Assembly: GCA_003210235.1 (NCBI GenBank)
Contig: QCVV01000001.1
Span: forward strand, 507-64,506
Origin: Prochlorococcus sp. AG-686-O05
Lineage (GTDB): Bacteria; Cyanobacteriota; Cyanobacteriia; PCC-6307; Cyanobiaceae
Direction of reading: 5' to 3'
Length of the DNA stretch: 64,000 bases
Made by a program: the position numbers and the translations under genes. Shown here in pieces: positions 1 through 10,823 of the stretch. The number at the start of each line of letters is the position of its first letter. The first letter of the stretch is position 1. Under the pieces are notes generated by a model. That model was not told where the DNA came from, made no database searches, and worked only from the letters and a program-made list of their open reading frames with translations.

Positions 1-642
1 ATTTCTCAAACCTTGATTTCTTTTCAGACGATTATGCATATGCCCAAAAATGACAAGGTCTATTTTTCTTTTTTTTTGTATTTCTGAAATTGCAACAGCT
101 AAATCTCTATCTCCCCAGTCACAAGAGGGCTCTTTCCAATCTTTACCACAAATACTTGTGGAGTCTGATCCCAAGCCTGAAGGACCTGCATGTGACATAA
201 AAACAAGAGGTAATTCATTAACATTTTTTTCTGAACATTTAAGGATTTTGTTAACTGACTCTTGTTCGCTTATGGGCCCATAAACAGCCTTAACCTCATT
301 TGAAAGATAATAACCTCCTCCTGAACTACACGGCCTGCCACTTAAAATATTTAATTGATCATTGAATATTTTCAAATCCCAAGCGCAATATTTTTCTTGC
401 AAAACACGAATTTGTTTTAAAAGAGTCTCTCCTGTAGAGTCTTTACCTCGATCATGATTTCCCAAAATCACAAAAGTAGGAATTTTTAATAAATTGATCT
501 TCTTTATTATTTTAATACTTCCATCAGAGATATCTCCAATAAATAGAACAATATCTGGTTTTATAATCGATAAAATCCCAATATCCACCTCAGACCACTG
601 ACCGTGACAATCACCAACAATAGCAATTTTTAAATTTGTCAG
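1..642 (-). CDS. TIGR04168-like metallophosphoesterase family protein (3' end runs off window; non-ATG start, probably CTG at 642)
   Basis: Manual minus-strand translation gives KIAIVGDCHGQW...DIVLFIGDI...VILGNHD...MSHAGP...IFGHMH, the calcineurin-like phosphoesterase motifs. An in-frame TAG lies just upstream. Confidence 0.8.
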   Translation of the reverse strand, partial: MTNLKIAIVGDCHGQWSEVDIGILSIIKPDIVLFIGDISDGSIKIIKKINLLKIPTFVILGNHDRGKDSTGETLLKQIRVLQEKYCAWDLKIFNDQLNILSGRPCSSGGGYYLSNEVKAVYGPISEQESVNKILKCSEKNVNELPLVFMSHAGPSGLGSDSTSICGKDWKEPSCDWGDRDLAVAISEIQKKRKIDLVIFGHMHNRLKRNQGLRN

Positions 643-691
643 AATTTTTTCTATTTAAAGGCATATAATCTACTAAGAGACATTGTAAATC

Positions 692-1660
692 CTGACAAGT
701 ATAACTTCTACTGCAAAACAGAAATCTATTCAAAACGAAAAAGATTTAATTTCTGAAATTAAGGAGCTTTGCTTAAAAGCTAATGCGATAATTCTTGCAC
801 ATTATTATCAGGCGCCAGAAATTCAAGATATAGCTGATTTCATTGGAGATTCTTTAGATCTTTCTAGGAAAGCTGCAAATAATGATGCAGACATAATAAT
901 TTTTTGTGGAGTCCATTTTATGGCAGAAACTGCAAAAATACTTAGCCCAAACAAAACAGTTTTATTACCTGATATTGATGCAGGTTGTTCTTTGGCTGAT
1001 GATTGTCCTGCAGAAGAGTTTCAAAAATTTAGAGAAGAAAATCCAGATCATTATGTTGTGAGTTATATAAACTGTACTGCAGAAGTAAAAGCTCAAAGTG
1101 ATTTAATATGCACTAGTAGTAATGCTGTTTCATTAGTAGAAAAAATTCCTAAAGATAAAAAGATTATATTTGCACCAGATAAAAATCTTGGTCGATGGGT
1201 TCAAAAAAACTCAGGTAGAAAACTTAAACTTTGGCCAGGTAGCTGTGTAGTTCATGAAACATTTAGTGAAGAGGCTTTATTAAAATTAAAGTACAAACAC
1301 CCCGATTCAAAGGTAATAGCCCATCCTGAGTGCAGCCAAAATTTATTAGTTCTGTCAGATTTTATTGGTTCAACCAGTAAGTTATTAGATTTCGTTAGTA
1401 ATGATTATTCTGATACCTATATGGTTTTAACTGAACCTGGAATAATACATCAAATGAAAAAGAAAGAACCTAACAAAAATTTTATTGAAGTACCAGATAT
1501 TGATGGGTGTAAATGTAATGAGTGTCCATATATGAAATTGAATACATTAGAAAAAATTTTAGATTGTTTAAAAAACAATTCCCCTTCAATTGAATTAGAT
1601 CCTAAAATTATTAAAAAAGCATATAAACCTATAAAACGAATGCTGGATATGAGCATCTAA
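692..1660 (+). CDS. nadA: Quinolinate synthase A
   Basis: The frame is open from 689 and encodes ILAHYYQAPEIQDIADFIGDSL upstream of the ORF-track ATG at 920. It also has GCSLAD, HPEC and CPYMK motifs. The start is likely CTG 692 or ATA 701. Confidence 0.92.
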   Translation: MTSITSTAKQKSIQNEKDLISEIKELCLKANAIILAHYYQAPEIQDIADFIGDSLDLSRKAANNDADIIIFCGVHFMAETAKILSPNKTVLLPDIDAGCSLADDCPAEEFQKFREENPDHYVVSYINCTAEVKAQSDLICTSSNAVSLVEKIPKDKKIIFAPDKNLGRWVQKNSGRKLKLWPGSCVVHETFSEEALLKLKYKHPDSKVIAHPECSQNLLVLSDFIGSTSKLLDFVSNDYSDTYMVLTEPGIIHQMKKKEPNKNFIEVPDIDGCKCNECPYMKLNTLEKILDCLKNNSPSIELDPKIIKKAYKPIKRMLDMSI

Positions 1661-2991
1661 TTTAATGAATAAACGAAATTATTATCATTGGTTTTAAAAA
1701 CAGTTAATAAATTTGCAGAATTAGCTTCAAACTGACTTACTAAGTTTGTTCTTTTAATAATTTTAAGGAGTTCTCTCTCCCCAGCTCTATATTGTCTATC
1801 TCTTTTAGTCCCGATTTCTCTTTGAAGAATTGGATTAGAATTCATTTTGACTTCTATATCTGGAGTAATTCCAAACTTATTAATATCTGTTCCATTAGGT
1901 GTTAAGTACTTGGCGACAGTAACTGTTAACCCTGAACCATCCACCAAAGTTCGCATAGACTGTACAAGGCCTTTACCGAAAGTTTTCTTCCCTACTAATT
2001 TACCTCTATTATTGTCTCTTATTGCTCCGGAAACTATTTCACTTGCGCTCGCAGAACCTTCGTTGACAAGTACAATTAAAGGTTTTTTTGTTAAAGCCTT
2101 ACCATTACCTCTTTTTGTTTCTCTCAATCCATCTTTAGATAAGGTGCTTACGATTATACCTTTATCAATAAATTGGCGAGAAATATCAATGCTAGATTCT
2201 AATAATCCTCCAGGATTACTTCTTAAATCAAGAACATATCCAGAAACTTTTTTTATTTCTAGATCTTTTAATGTATCTTTCATCTCTCTTGATGCATTAG
2301 CATTAAATTGTTTTAATCTTACGTAACCTATTAATACTCCATCTTTAGTTTCATTTATTTTGCTTGTCACTGATTTTATTTCTATCCTTTCTCTTAATAA
2401 AGACTTATAAAAAGAATTCCCATTTCTAAGGATTTCAAGTTTAACTTTTGTACCTTTTCTGCCCCTAATTAATTTAACTGCATCTTCAATATTCAACCCT
2501 TTAGTAGATACATCATCGATTGATAAAATCTTATCTCTAGCTTTAATTCCAGCCTCATAAGCAGGAGTTCCATCTATAGGAGAAATAATTATTAGAGAAT
2601 CAGACTCTTTATCTTTAACAATTTGTATTCCTACTCCAGTTAATTCTCCTGAAGTATCTATTCTCATTTGATTAAATTCTTTAGGGTCTAGAAATCTTGT
2701 ATATGGGTCATTTAAATTTGAAAGCATATCTCTAATAGCATCATAAGCTTCATTATTATCTGAATATTTTTTTGCTAAAAAATCCTTTCTTAAATTAATC
2801 CAATTAGATCTCTCAAATTTTCCGCTTGAATCAAGGAAGTCTCTGTATACAATCTGCCAAACGTGATCGATAACCTCTTTGTAGTTATTTTCTAAAATTG
2901 TCGCTTTTGAATGATTACTCACTAATATTCCAGAAAAAGTAGTCACTATTAAAAAGACAAGTTGCTTTTTAAATAAATTTTTTATCTTCAA
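1657..2991 (-). CDS. ctpA: Carboxyl-terminal processing protease (S41 family, PDZ domain)
   Basis: DPYTRF, GVGIQI PDZ, LDLRSNPGG, SASASEI and TFGKG motifs. Confidence 0.9.
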   Translation of the reverse strand: MKIKNLFKKQLVFLIVTTFSGILVSNHSKATILENNYKEVIDHVWQIVYRDFLDSSGKFERSNWINLRKDFLAKKYSDNNEAYDAIRDMLSNLNDPYTRFLDPKEFNQMRIDTSGELTGVGIQIVKDKESDSLIIISPIDGTPAYEAGIKARDKILSIDDVSTKGLNIEDAVKLIRGRKGTKVKLEILRNGNSFYKSLLRERIEIKSVTSKINETKDGVLIGYVRLKQFNANASREMKDTLKDLEIKKVSGYVLDLRSNPGGLLESSIDISRQFIDKGIIVSTLSKDGLRETKRGNGKALTKKPLIVLVNEGSASASEIVSGAIRDNNRGKLVGKKTFGKGLVQSMRTLVDGSGLTVTVAKYLTPNGTDINKFGITPDIEVKMNSNPILQREIGTKRDRQYRAGERELLKIIKRTNLVSQFEANSANLLTVFKTNDNNFVYSLN

Positions 2992-3047
2992 GGGTCGGTA
3001 CTAGGCACTATTTTTTTTATTAATTGAATTATAAATTAAAAATATGT

Positions 3048-4265
3048 TTAGGGATCAATCCATTTACCATCATCTTTAATCAGGCGAATTAAAGCATCAA
3101 CTCCTTCATCCTCAGGTACTCTTTTTATCTCTTCTTTTCTTCTGTAAAGAGCAATTGTACCTTTACCTTTGCCTACATAACCGTAATCAGCATCTGCCAT
3201 TTCTCCTGGACCATTTACTATACATCCCATTATTGCTATGTCTAAACCAGTCAAATGTGAAGTAGCATTCCTTACTTTGTCTACAACCTCCTCTAAATTA
3301 AAAAGAGTTCTTCCACAGCTAGGACAGCTGATATATTCAACCATTGTTTTTCGCAGTCCTAAAGATTGCAAAATTGAATAGCATACTGGAATCTCTTTTT
3401 CAGGTGCTTCAGTTAGAGAAACTCTGATGGTATCTCCAAGACCTTCGGCGAGAAGTGTTCCTATACCTGCTGTACTCTTAATCCTTCCATAATCTCCATC
3501 TCCTGCTTCAGTGACACCCAAATGCAAAGGGTAGTTATATCCTTCTGCATCTAATCTATCTGCAATCATTCTATATGCAGCTAACATCACTGGTGCTCTT
3601 GAGGCTTTCATAGAAATAATGATGTTATGAAAATCAAGCTCATCGCAGATTTTGACAAATTCCATTGCAGATTCTGTCATTCCTAAAGGTGTATCTCCAT
3701 AAGTAAAAAGCATTCTCTCGGATAAAGATCCATGATTAACTCCAATTCTTAAAGCTTTATTCTCAGACTTTAAAACTTCTACAAGTGGAGTAAATCTTTT
3801 AAGAATTGTTTTTTTAATAGTCTCAAACTCAGCGTCAGTATATTCAGTCCTTGAAGGATCTGATTTCTCAAAAACAAATAATCCAGGATTAATTCTTACT
3901 TTATCAACATGTTTTGCAACCTCCATTGCAATTTTCATTCCATTGTGATGAACATCTGCAACTAATGGGGTATCTATATTATTTTTTATTAATTTTTCTT
4001 TAATATCCCCAACAGCCTTTGCATGAGCTAAAGAAGGAACAGTTAGTCTTACTATTTCACATCCGACTTCATGAAGTCTTTTAATTGCTAAATAAGAATT
4101 ATCAACATCCATAGTATCTTCATTAATCATTGATTGAACTCTTACTGGATAATCACTACCAATTGCGATATTCCCAACCATTACTGTTCTAGTTATCCTT
4201 CTCTCAATATGAGTTGAATATCTCCTCGAGAGACTATTCACCTCTTTTGATTGAGTAAGTGACAT
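3048..4265 (-). CDS. ispG: (E)-4-hydroxy-3-methylbut-2-enyl-diphosphate synthase
   Basis: [26 protein letters not shown] and [10 protein letters not shown] motifs. Confidence 0.97.
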   Translation of the reverse strand: MSLTQSKEVNSLSRRYSTHIERRITRTVMVGNIAIGSDYPVRVQSMINEDTMDVDNSYLAIKRLHEVGCEIVRLTVPSLAHAKAVGDIKEKLIKNNIDTPLVADVHHNGMKIAMEVAKHVDKVRINPGLFVFEKSDPSRTEYTDAEFETIKKTILKRFTPLVEVLKSENKALRIGVNHGSLSERMLFTYGDTPLGMTESAMEFVKICDELDFHNIIISMKASRAPVMLAAYRMIADRLDAEGYNYPLHLGVTEAGDGDYGRIKSTAGIGTLLAEGLGDTIRVSLTEAPEKEIPVCYSILQSLGLRKTMVEYISCPSCGRTLFNLEEVVDKVRNATSHLTGLDIAIMGCIVNGPGEMADADYGYVGKGKGTIALYRRKEEIKRVPEDEGVDALIRLIKDDGKWIDP

Positions 4266-4298
4266 TAAATTCTAGAAATTCAAAAAGACTTACCTAAA

Positions 4299-4802
4299 TT
4301 ATAAAGCATATAGTTTACTACTAACCTCCTTAAGATCTTTTAAAGTTAGATCATATGGTTTTCCAACCTCTTTTGAAGAGAATCTCAACAAATAAGAAGG
4401 GTGAAAAATAGTAATAATTTCTCTCCCATCTTTCTTAAACCATTTTCCTCTTGTCTTAGAAATTGGATTCTTTATTTCCAAAATAGTTCTCATAGCAGTC
4501 GAACCAGTTAAAATAATAAATTTTGGATCTACTAGTTTAATTTGCTGCAATAACCATGGTTTATGAATATTTATTTCTTTATTAGTTGGTTTTCTATTGT
4601 TTGGAGGACGACATTTAATTACATTGCAAAAATATACATCCTTTTGAAAGTTAATTCCTGCTTCTATTAATAGGCCATCTAACAATTTTCCTGATTTACC
4701 AACATAAGCTTCTCCCTCTATGTCTTCTTGAGCCCCAGGTGCTTCCCCAATTATTAATAAATTTGCGAATACATTACCTCTACTAATGACTAATCTTTTC
4801 AA
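4299..4802 (-). CDS. Uracil-DNA glycosylase, family 4-like
   Basis: GEAPG, NVIKCRPP and HPSY motifs. Confidence 0.9.
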   Translation of the reverse strand: MKRLVISRGNVFANLLIIGEAPGAQEDIEGEAYVGKSGKLLDGLLIEAGINFQKDVYFCNVIKCRPPNNRKPTNKEINIHKPWLLQQIKLVDPKFIILTGSTAMRTILEIKNPISKTRGKWFKKDGREIITIFHPSYLLRFSSKEVGKPYDLTLKDLKEVSSKLYAL

Positions 4803-5034
4803 AGCAACTTCAAGTTCAAAGCTTATAAATAATATTAAAACTAAAAATTATTAAAAATAAATATTAACTATATAATTCTTCACTCCACATTTTAATTTTT
4901 TAAAAAAGAAAATACGAAAATAAATTAAATTAAGAAAATGAACCAAATTTAACCAATCTGTGATACTTTTACTTATTCTTAATCTATTAATAAAAAAAAT
5001 TTTTAAAAGTTATATTTAAAGAACTTTAGATCAA

Positions 5035-6213
5035 ATGAGTGAAGTAAATTTATCAAAAAGAGCACTCTCTATTGAGCCTTCACTTACCCTGCAAATAAGT
5101 GCTAAAGCTAATCAACTCTCAAAAGAGGGTAAAGACATATGTAATTTAAGTGCTGGAGAACCAGATTTTGATGCTCCCGATGAAATATTAAAAGCAACAA
5201 GTAAGGCTATAATTGATGGATATACAAAATATGGTCCCGCCTCAGGAGATTTAGAACTTAGAAAAGCTATTGCAGAAAAACTTCAAAACCAAAACAATTT
5301 AAATGTTGAATTTGAAAATGTAATGGTAACAAATGGAGCCAAACAGGCGATTTATAATCTTTTCCAGGTTTTATTGAATGATGATGACGAAGTCATTATA
5401 CCTGCTCCTTATTGGCTAAGCTATCCTCAAATGGTCAGATTGGCAGGCGGTAAGCCTGTCTTCCTAAATTCTTCTGCTGAAGATGGATTCAAAATAAATA
5501 TACAAGAATTAAAATCTAAGATATCTTCAAAAACAAAATTTATAATTGTTAATTCTCCCAACAATCCGACAGGAAGAGTAATGCCAAAAGAAGAGTTATT
5601 ACAAATTGCGGAAGTAGTAAGAAGAAATAAAAATATTAATATTCTTTCAGATGAGATTTACGAATTAATTCTTAAAAAAGAATTTAAGCATTTAAGTTTA
5701 GCTTCACTAGCACCTGACCTATTAGAAAGAATTTTTATAATTAATGGTTTTGCAAAAGGTTGGGCAATGACAGGCTGGAGAGTAGGTTATTTAGTAGGAC
5801 AAAAAGATGTTATAAGAGCATCATCAGCCTTACAAAGTCAAAGTACAAGTAATGTTTGTTCCTTCGTTCAAAGAGGTGCTTTAAAGGCATTAAAAATAAA
5901 TCAAGAATTTTTCTTAAAAATCAATAAACATTATGATCTAAGAAGAGAAATCCTTTATAAAGGTCTAAAAAATATAGAGGGATTATTTATATACCCACCT
6001 AATGGAGCTTTTTATGCATTTCCTAGATTACCAAATAATTCCATAACCTCCATAGATTTTTGCAAAAAAATTCTTAACGATTATGGTTTAGTGGTTGTGC
6101 CTGGAAAACCTTTTGGAGATGATCAATGTTTTAGAATATCTTGTGCCTCTTCAAAAGAAAAAATTCTTGATGGTTTATCAAGATTAAAGAAAGGTATCTC
6201 AAAATATTACTAA
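5035..6213 (+). CDS. aspC: Class I/II PLP aminotransferase (aspartate aminotransferase-like)
   Basis: GEPDF, NSPNNPTG, SDEIY and AKGWAMTGWRVG motifs. Confidence 0.88.
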   Translation: MSEVNLSKRALSIEPSLTLQISAKANQLSKEGKDICNLSAGEPDFDAPDEILKATSKAIIDGYTKYGPASGDLELRKAIAEKLQNQNNLNVEFENVMVTNGAKQAIYNLFQVLLNDDDEVIIPAPYWLSYPQMVRLAGGKPVFLNSSAEDGFKINIQELKSKISSKTKFIIVNSPNNPTGRVMPKEELLQIAEVVRRNKNINILSDEIYELILKKEFKHLSLASLAPDLLERIFIINGFAKGWAMTGWRVGYLVGQKDVIRASSALQSQSTSNVCSFVQRGALKALKINQEFFLKINKHYDLRREILYKGLKNIEGLFIYPPNGAFYAFPRLPNNSITSIDFCKKILNDYGLVVVPGKPFGDDQCFRISCASSKEKILDGLSRLKKGISKYY

Positions 6214-6215
6214 TA

Positions 6216-7121
6216 ATGAATAAAGATTTTTTCAATTTAAGAAAGATACTGTTAACGTCAGCGCTATTTTTTTCAACTTTCTATTCACCATTAAATGCAA
6301 ATCCAAAAGTTTTAAAGCTTGGTGCAATTCCGGATCAAAATCAAGAGGTGTTAGATAAAAGATTTAATTTGTTTTCAAAAGAATTGTCCAAGAATTTAGG
6401 TGTAAACGTAAAGTACATTCCCGTTATTAATTATGTTGCTGCGGTTACTGGATTTAGAACAAATGATTTAGATTTAGTATGGTTTGGTGGTCTATCAGGA
6501 GTTCAGGCAAGATTACAAACTCCTAATGCAATTGTGATTGCTCAACGAGATATAGATAAAGAATTTAAAAGCGTTTTTATTCTGAATAAAAAAGTAAAAC
6601 TTGATTCAATTTCAAATAAAAATGGACTTAAAAAGCTAAAAAATCTAAGATTTACTTTTGGTTCTGAAAATTCAACATCTGGAAGGTTAATGCCAGAATA
6701 TTTCCTCAATAGTGCAGGAGTGAAAATAAAAGACTTTAAAGGAAAAAGAGCGGGCTTTAGCGGTAGTCATGATGCAACTATCGCTTTAGTTAATAGTGGA
6801 GCCTTTGATGCAGGAGCTTTAAATAAACAAGTGTGGGAAAACAATCTTAAAAATAATCCTAAAAGAACAAATAATGTAAATCTTTTTTGGATAACTCCTG
6901 ATTATGTTGACTATCATTGGGTTGCCCAAGGAAATCTTGACAATAGATTTCGAGAAGGTTTTACTGAAGAACTTAAATCTACAATACTTAATTTAGATAT
7001 TAAAAATACAGAGCATAAAAAGATATTAGATATGTTCAACGCAAAAAAATTTATAAAAGCAAAATCTAATGACTTTAAAAATATTGAGTCAATCGCGAGA
7101 AAATTAAAAAAAATCAGATGA
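6216..7121 (+). CDS. phnD: Phosphonate/phosphite-type ABC transporter substrate-binding protein
   Basis: Signal peptide, STSG and GSHDA motifs; first gene of an ABC operon. Confidence 0.8.
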   Translation: MNKDFFNLRKILLTSALFFSTFYSPLNANPKVLKLGAIPDQNQEVLDKRFNLFSKELSKNLGVNVKYIPVINYVAAVTGFRTNDLDLVWFGGLSGVQARLQTPNAIVIAQRDIDKEFKSVFILNKKVKLDSISNKNGLKKLKNLRFTFGSENSTSGRLMPEYFLNSAGVKIKDFKGKRAGFSGSHDATIALVNSGAFDAGALNKQVWENNLKNNPKRTNNVNLFWITPDYVDYHWVAQGNLDNRFREGFTEELKSTILNLDIKNTEHKKILDMFNAKKFIKAKSNDFKNIESIARKLKKIR

Positions 7122-7855
7122 TTAATCCTCTTCTCGAATTAAAAGAGGTAAGCTATAAAAATAAAAATAATTTCACATTAAACAAGGTAAGTTTACGAAT
7201 TAAATCGGGTGAAAAAATTGCCTTATTAGGCAAAAATGGTTCGGGTAAAAGTACTCTTATATCTCTTCTTAACGGAACACTCAAGCCTAACAAAGGTAGT
7301 GTCAAATTATTTAATACAGAATTTGATAAATTAAACTTATACCAAAAAAGTAAGATCTCAACTATCTGGCAAGATTTAAGATTAATAGAAGATCTATCAG
7401 CAGAACAAAATGTTAATTGTGGACTTCTAGGAAAACAAAGTTTCTTATTTGCTTTTAAGAATTTACTAAATATAAGTTCTTTTAATAAAGCTCATCAATA
7501 TATGCAAGTTTGTAATCTTAAGGAATCTATTTTTTCCAAAAAAATAGGAAAAATATCTGGAGGCCAAAAACAAAGAGTTGCTATTGCAAGATCATTAGTT
7601 CAAGAGTCAGATATCCTACTTGCTGATGAGCCTTTTAATAATTTAGATCCAAAACTAACTTCTAATATTAAAAATCTATTATTAATTACTAAAAACAAAA
7701 ATAAAATAAAAGTTCCTAACACTACTTTAATTTCTATGCATAGATTAGATTTATTAGATGGTTTTAATAGAATTATTGGAATGAAAAATGGTGAAATATT
7801 ATTTGATTTAGAGAAAACAAAATTAAAAAAATTTCATTTAAATAAGATTTATTAA
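7118..7855 (+). CDS. phnC: ABC transporter ATP-binding protein (PhnC-like)
   Basis: GKNGSGKS, ISGGQKQRV and LLADEP motifs; overlaps the phnD stop. Confidence 0.82.
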   Translation: MINPLLELKEVSYKNKNNFTLNKVSLRIKSGEKIALLGKNGSGKSTLISLLNGTLKPNKGSVKLFNTEFDKLNLYQKSKISTIWQDLRLIEDLSAEQNVNCGLLGKQSFLFAFKNLLNISSFNKAHQYMQVCNLKESIFSKKIGKISGGQKQRVAIARSLVQESDILLADEPFNNLDPKLTSNIKNLLLITKNKNKIKVPNTTLISMHRLDLLDGFNRIIGMKNGEILFDLEKTKLKKFHLNKIY

Positions 7856-7859
7856 GTAA

Positions 7860-9362
7860 TTGAATAAATTAAAATTAAATTCTTCTTCAATAACTTTTAT
7901 ACCAATACTAGTCTGTATACCTATAGCCTATGAACTATTTATTAATTTTCATATTGGAGGAATTGAATTACTTAAAGAATTTATTATTTCCGCCTTAAAT
8001 CCAAAAATTAATAATGAAATCATTTTCACATTAGTAAAAAGATTAAATGAAACTATTTTTATTGCATTTTCTAGTTGGCTAATAAGTATGATATTTGGGA
8101 TTATTTTTGGAATATTATCTTCAGAAATTTTTTTTAAAATATTAAATTTACCTATATTTTTAAAGAGATTTTTAAATTTATTTTTAACTTTTATGAGATC
8201 GATTCATGAAATGATTTGGGGACTTATATTAATGCAAATATATGGTATTAATTTTTCAATTGGGATAATAGCTATTTGCATTCCTTATATTGCAATAAAT
8301 GCAAAAGTTTTTAGTGATCAAATAGAAAATATTAACCTTAAAACTGTCGAATCAATTAAACAAATTAATGGTAATAAATATTCCACTTTAATAACATTAG
8401 TTTGGGCTCCAGTGATAGAAACCTTTAAAAATTTTGGGTTATACCGATTTGAATGTGCAATAAGAAGTACAGCAATTTTGGGATTGTTTGGAGTTGGGGG
8501 AATAGGCACAAGTATATTTTTATCCTTTCAAACTTTGAATTTCCGAGAGCTATGGACTTATCTTTGGGGATTAGCTTTTTTAATTATCATCTCAAAAGAA
8601 CTATTAAACAAATTTAACCTCTCTAACTCTTCTAAGAAATTTTTGACATCCATTGTAATAGCTTTATTTTGTATTGGTTTATTTTCTTTATCTTTCTTTG
8701 TTTATTTTATATTTTATAAAAATGGAATACCTTTTAATTCAATCAATAATCTTTTGATATCAAACCTTAATTTTAATTCATATGATTTTTTAAAGCTATT
8801 ATTAGAAACAATAGTTTTATGTCTTTTATCTACTGGAATAGCTATAAGTTTTCCTCCCATTTTTATATTGATTTTAAATAATCAAATAGGAATTACAATT
8901 ATCAGAATAATCTCATTTTTATTTCGTTTAATACCACCGCCTGTATTAATTCTATTACTCTTAATGTTTAATGATCCTTCAATATCTTTAGCAGCAATAA
9001 CATTAGGGTTACATAACGCAGCAATAACAAGCAAATTACTTTTGGCGAATTTATATAACCAAGATAATAAACAATATATTGCGATGAAATCATTAGGAAT
9101 TGCAAAGAGGTCTAGTTGGCTTTTCGGATCATTTGTTAAACAAGCAAATAGTTACTTAGCATATTGTGCTTATAGATCCGACATCATAATTCGAGAAACA
9201 GCTATTCTGGGAGTAATTGGAAGTGTTGGTTTAGGTTGGCAACTTAAAGAATCATTGAGTTCATTTGCATGGGAGGAAGTCTTAGTAATTTTGATTGCTT
9301 ATAGCTCAATTGCAATAATTGGAGAATTAATAAATGGTAAAATCAAAAGTAATCTAACTTGA
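7860..9362 (+). CDS. phnE: ABC transporter permease with two fused PhnE-like domains
   Basis: Hydrophobic, with two IRxxAILGxxGxxGxG PhnE-type motifs. Confidence 0.8.
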   Translation: MNKLKLNSSSITFIPILVCIPIAYELFINFHIGGIELLKEFIISALNPKINNEIIFTLVKRLNETIFIAFSSWLISMIFGIIFGILSSEIFFKILNLPIFLKRFLNLFLTFMRSIHEMIWGLILMQIYGINFSIGIIAICIPYIAINAKVFSDQIENINLKTVESIKQINGNKYSTLITLVWAPVIETFKNFGLYRFECAIRSTAILGLFGVGGIGTSIFLSFQTLNFRELWTYLWGLAFLIIISKELLNKFNLSNSSKKFLTSIVIALFCIGLFSLSFFVYFIFYKNGIPFNSINNLLISNLNFNSYDFLKLLLETIVLCLLSTGIAISFPPIFILILNNQIGITIIRIISFLFRLIPPPVLILLLLMFNDPSISLAAITLGLHNAAITSKLLLANLYNQDNKQYIAMKSLGIAKRSSWLFGSFVKQANSYLAYCAYRSDIIIRETAILGVIGSVGLGWQLKESLSSFAWEEVLVILIAYSSIAIIGELINGKIKSNLT

Positions 9363-9412
9363 TTAGTAATAAAAATCTTCTTAAATCAAGTGAAATAATT
9401 TAAAGGAACCTA

Positions 9413-10057
9413 GTGCCTGTTTTACCAAAACAATTGGTTGTAATTGGAGATAGTTCAGTATATGGATGGGGGGATACTGAAGGAGGAGGGTGGTGCGAGA
9501 GACTTAGAAAAGATTGGTCAAAATATCATGATTTTCCAATTATTTATCCTCTAGGGGTAAGAGGAGATGGAATTGAAAAGGTTTCTTTACGTTGGGAAAA
9601 AGAATGGTCTTCAAGAGGTGAAACAAGAAGAAATAAACCCAAAGCTATCCTCTTGAATGTGGGTCTTAATGATACTCCAACAATTGGACAAAAAAATGGT
9701 CGGCACCAATTAGAGATAAATGGATTCGAGTATGGACTAGAAAGATTAATTTTTAAAATGAAGTCCCAAACTCAAGTTTTTGTAATTGGGCTTACCCCAG
9801 TTAATGAAAACAAAATGCCATTTGCTGGATGTTTATGGTATTCAAATGATTTCTGTCATTCTTATGAAAGAAGAATGGAAGAAGTCTGTATAAATCAAAA
9901 TGTCCCTTTTCTGCCAACTTTTAGAGAAATGTACTCAGATATTAGAAGTAAGAATTGGATAACAGAGGATGGTATACACTTAAATGCGCATGGACATCTT
10001 TGGATTTATCAACGTCTTAAAAGTTGGGATATTCTTAAGAAGTGGAAGGAATCCTAA
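9413..10057 (+). CDS. GDSL/SGNH hydrolase family protein
   Basis: GDSS, GLND and DGIH motifs. Confidence 0.88.
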   Translation: MPVLPKQLVVIGDSSVYGWGDTEGGGWCERLRKDWSKYHDFPIIYPLGVRGDGIEKVSLRWEKEWSSRGETRRNKPKAILLNVGLNDTPTIGQKNGRHQLEINGFEYGLERLIFKMKSQTQVFVIGLTPVNENKMPFAGCLWYSNDFCHSYERRMEEVCINQNVPFLPTFREMYSDIRSKNWITEDGIHLNAHGHLWIYQRLKSWDILKKWKES

Positions 10058-10074
10058 TTTTGAAAAATGGTAAT

Positions 10075-10818
10075 TTAATTAGAAATTTTGAGATAAAAAA
10101 TTAGAACAAAAATAGCAATTATAGAAGAAATACTTGTTTGAATAGAATTTACAAACTCATTACTTAATTTATATTTATCTTGAAATTTAGCTCCAATAAA
10201 ACTTTCAGAAATTGTTGCTAAAAAACCAGAAATTGCAACTATCAAAAATTGATATTTTGTTGAGATAATATTTAAAATAAACATTATTAATGACATAAAT
10301 ATTGCCCCTAAGGCACTTGCTGCTGTCCCTTCTAAACTAATTCCTCCTTCCGTTCCACTTTCAACTTTTCTAAACGAGGTAATTAGATATGTATTCCTAC
10401 CAAATCTTTTTCCTATTTCACTACCAAAAGTATCTGCCAACTTTGCAGCAAAACTTGCAGCAAAACCAATTTTGTAAAAGATTAAATTAGTAAAATTCAA
10501 TTTAACCATTATTGCAAAAAACAATCCTGTCGCAGCCGAACCCCAAACATTTTCAGGACCTCTTTTACCACCTCTTTTTTCAGCTATCCCTTTTTTATTT
10601 TTAAATTTATAACCAATTTTTGTGACAAGAGATCCAAGTAATAAATAAATTACAACAGAGCTCCAACCTTGCCATGAAAAACATCCCCATAAAATAGACC
10701 CTAATACCCCAGCACTTATCCACCCCCCTTTTGTCATTAATGGAACTCTAAAAAACAAAGAAATTAGAATAAAATTAATTAAAAAACCAAGTAAAAAATC
10801 ATTAGAAAGTAAATTCAT
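10075..10818 (-). CDS. DUF92/TIGR00297 membrane protein
   Basis: RGPENVWG, ADTFGSEIG and GGISLEG motifs. Confidence 0.88.
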   Translation of the reverse strand: MNLLSNDFLLGFLINFILISLFFRVPLMTKGGWISAGVLGSILWGCFSWQGWSSVVIYLLLGSLVTKIGYKFKNKKGIAEKRGGKRGPENVWGSAATGLFFAIMVKLNFTNLIFYKIGFAASFAAKLADTFGSEIGKRFGRNTYLITSFRKVESGTEGGISLEGTAASALGAIFMSLIMFILNIISTKYQFLIVAISGFLATISESFIGAKFQDKYKLSNEFVNSIQTSISSIIAIFVLIFYLKISN

Positions 10819-10823
10819 TTTTT

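Noticed and set aside
50-283. 77-aa + strand ORF
   Set aside because: It is the antisense shadow of the minus-strand phosphoesterase gene.
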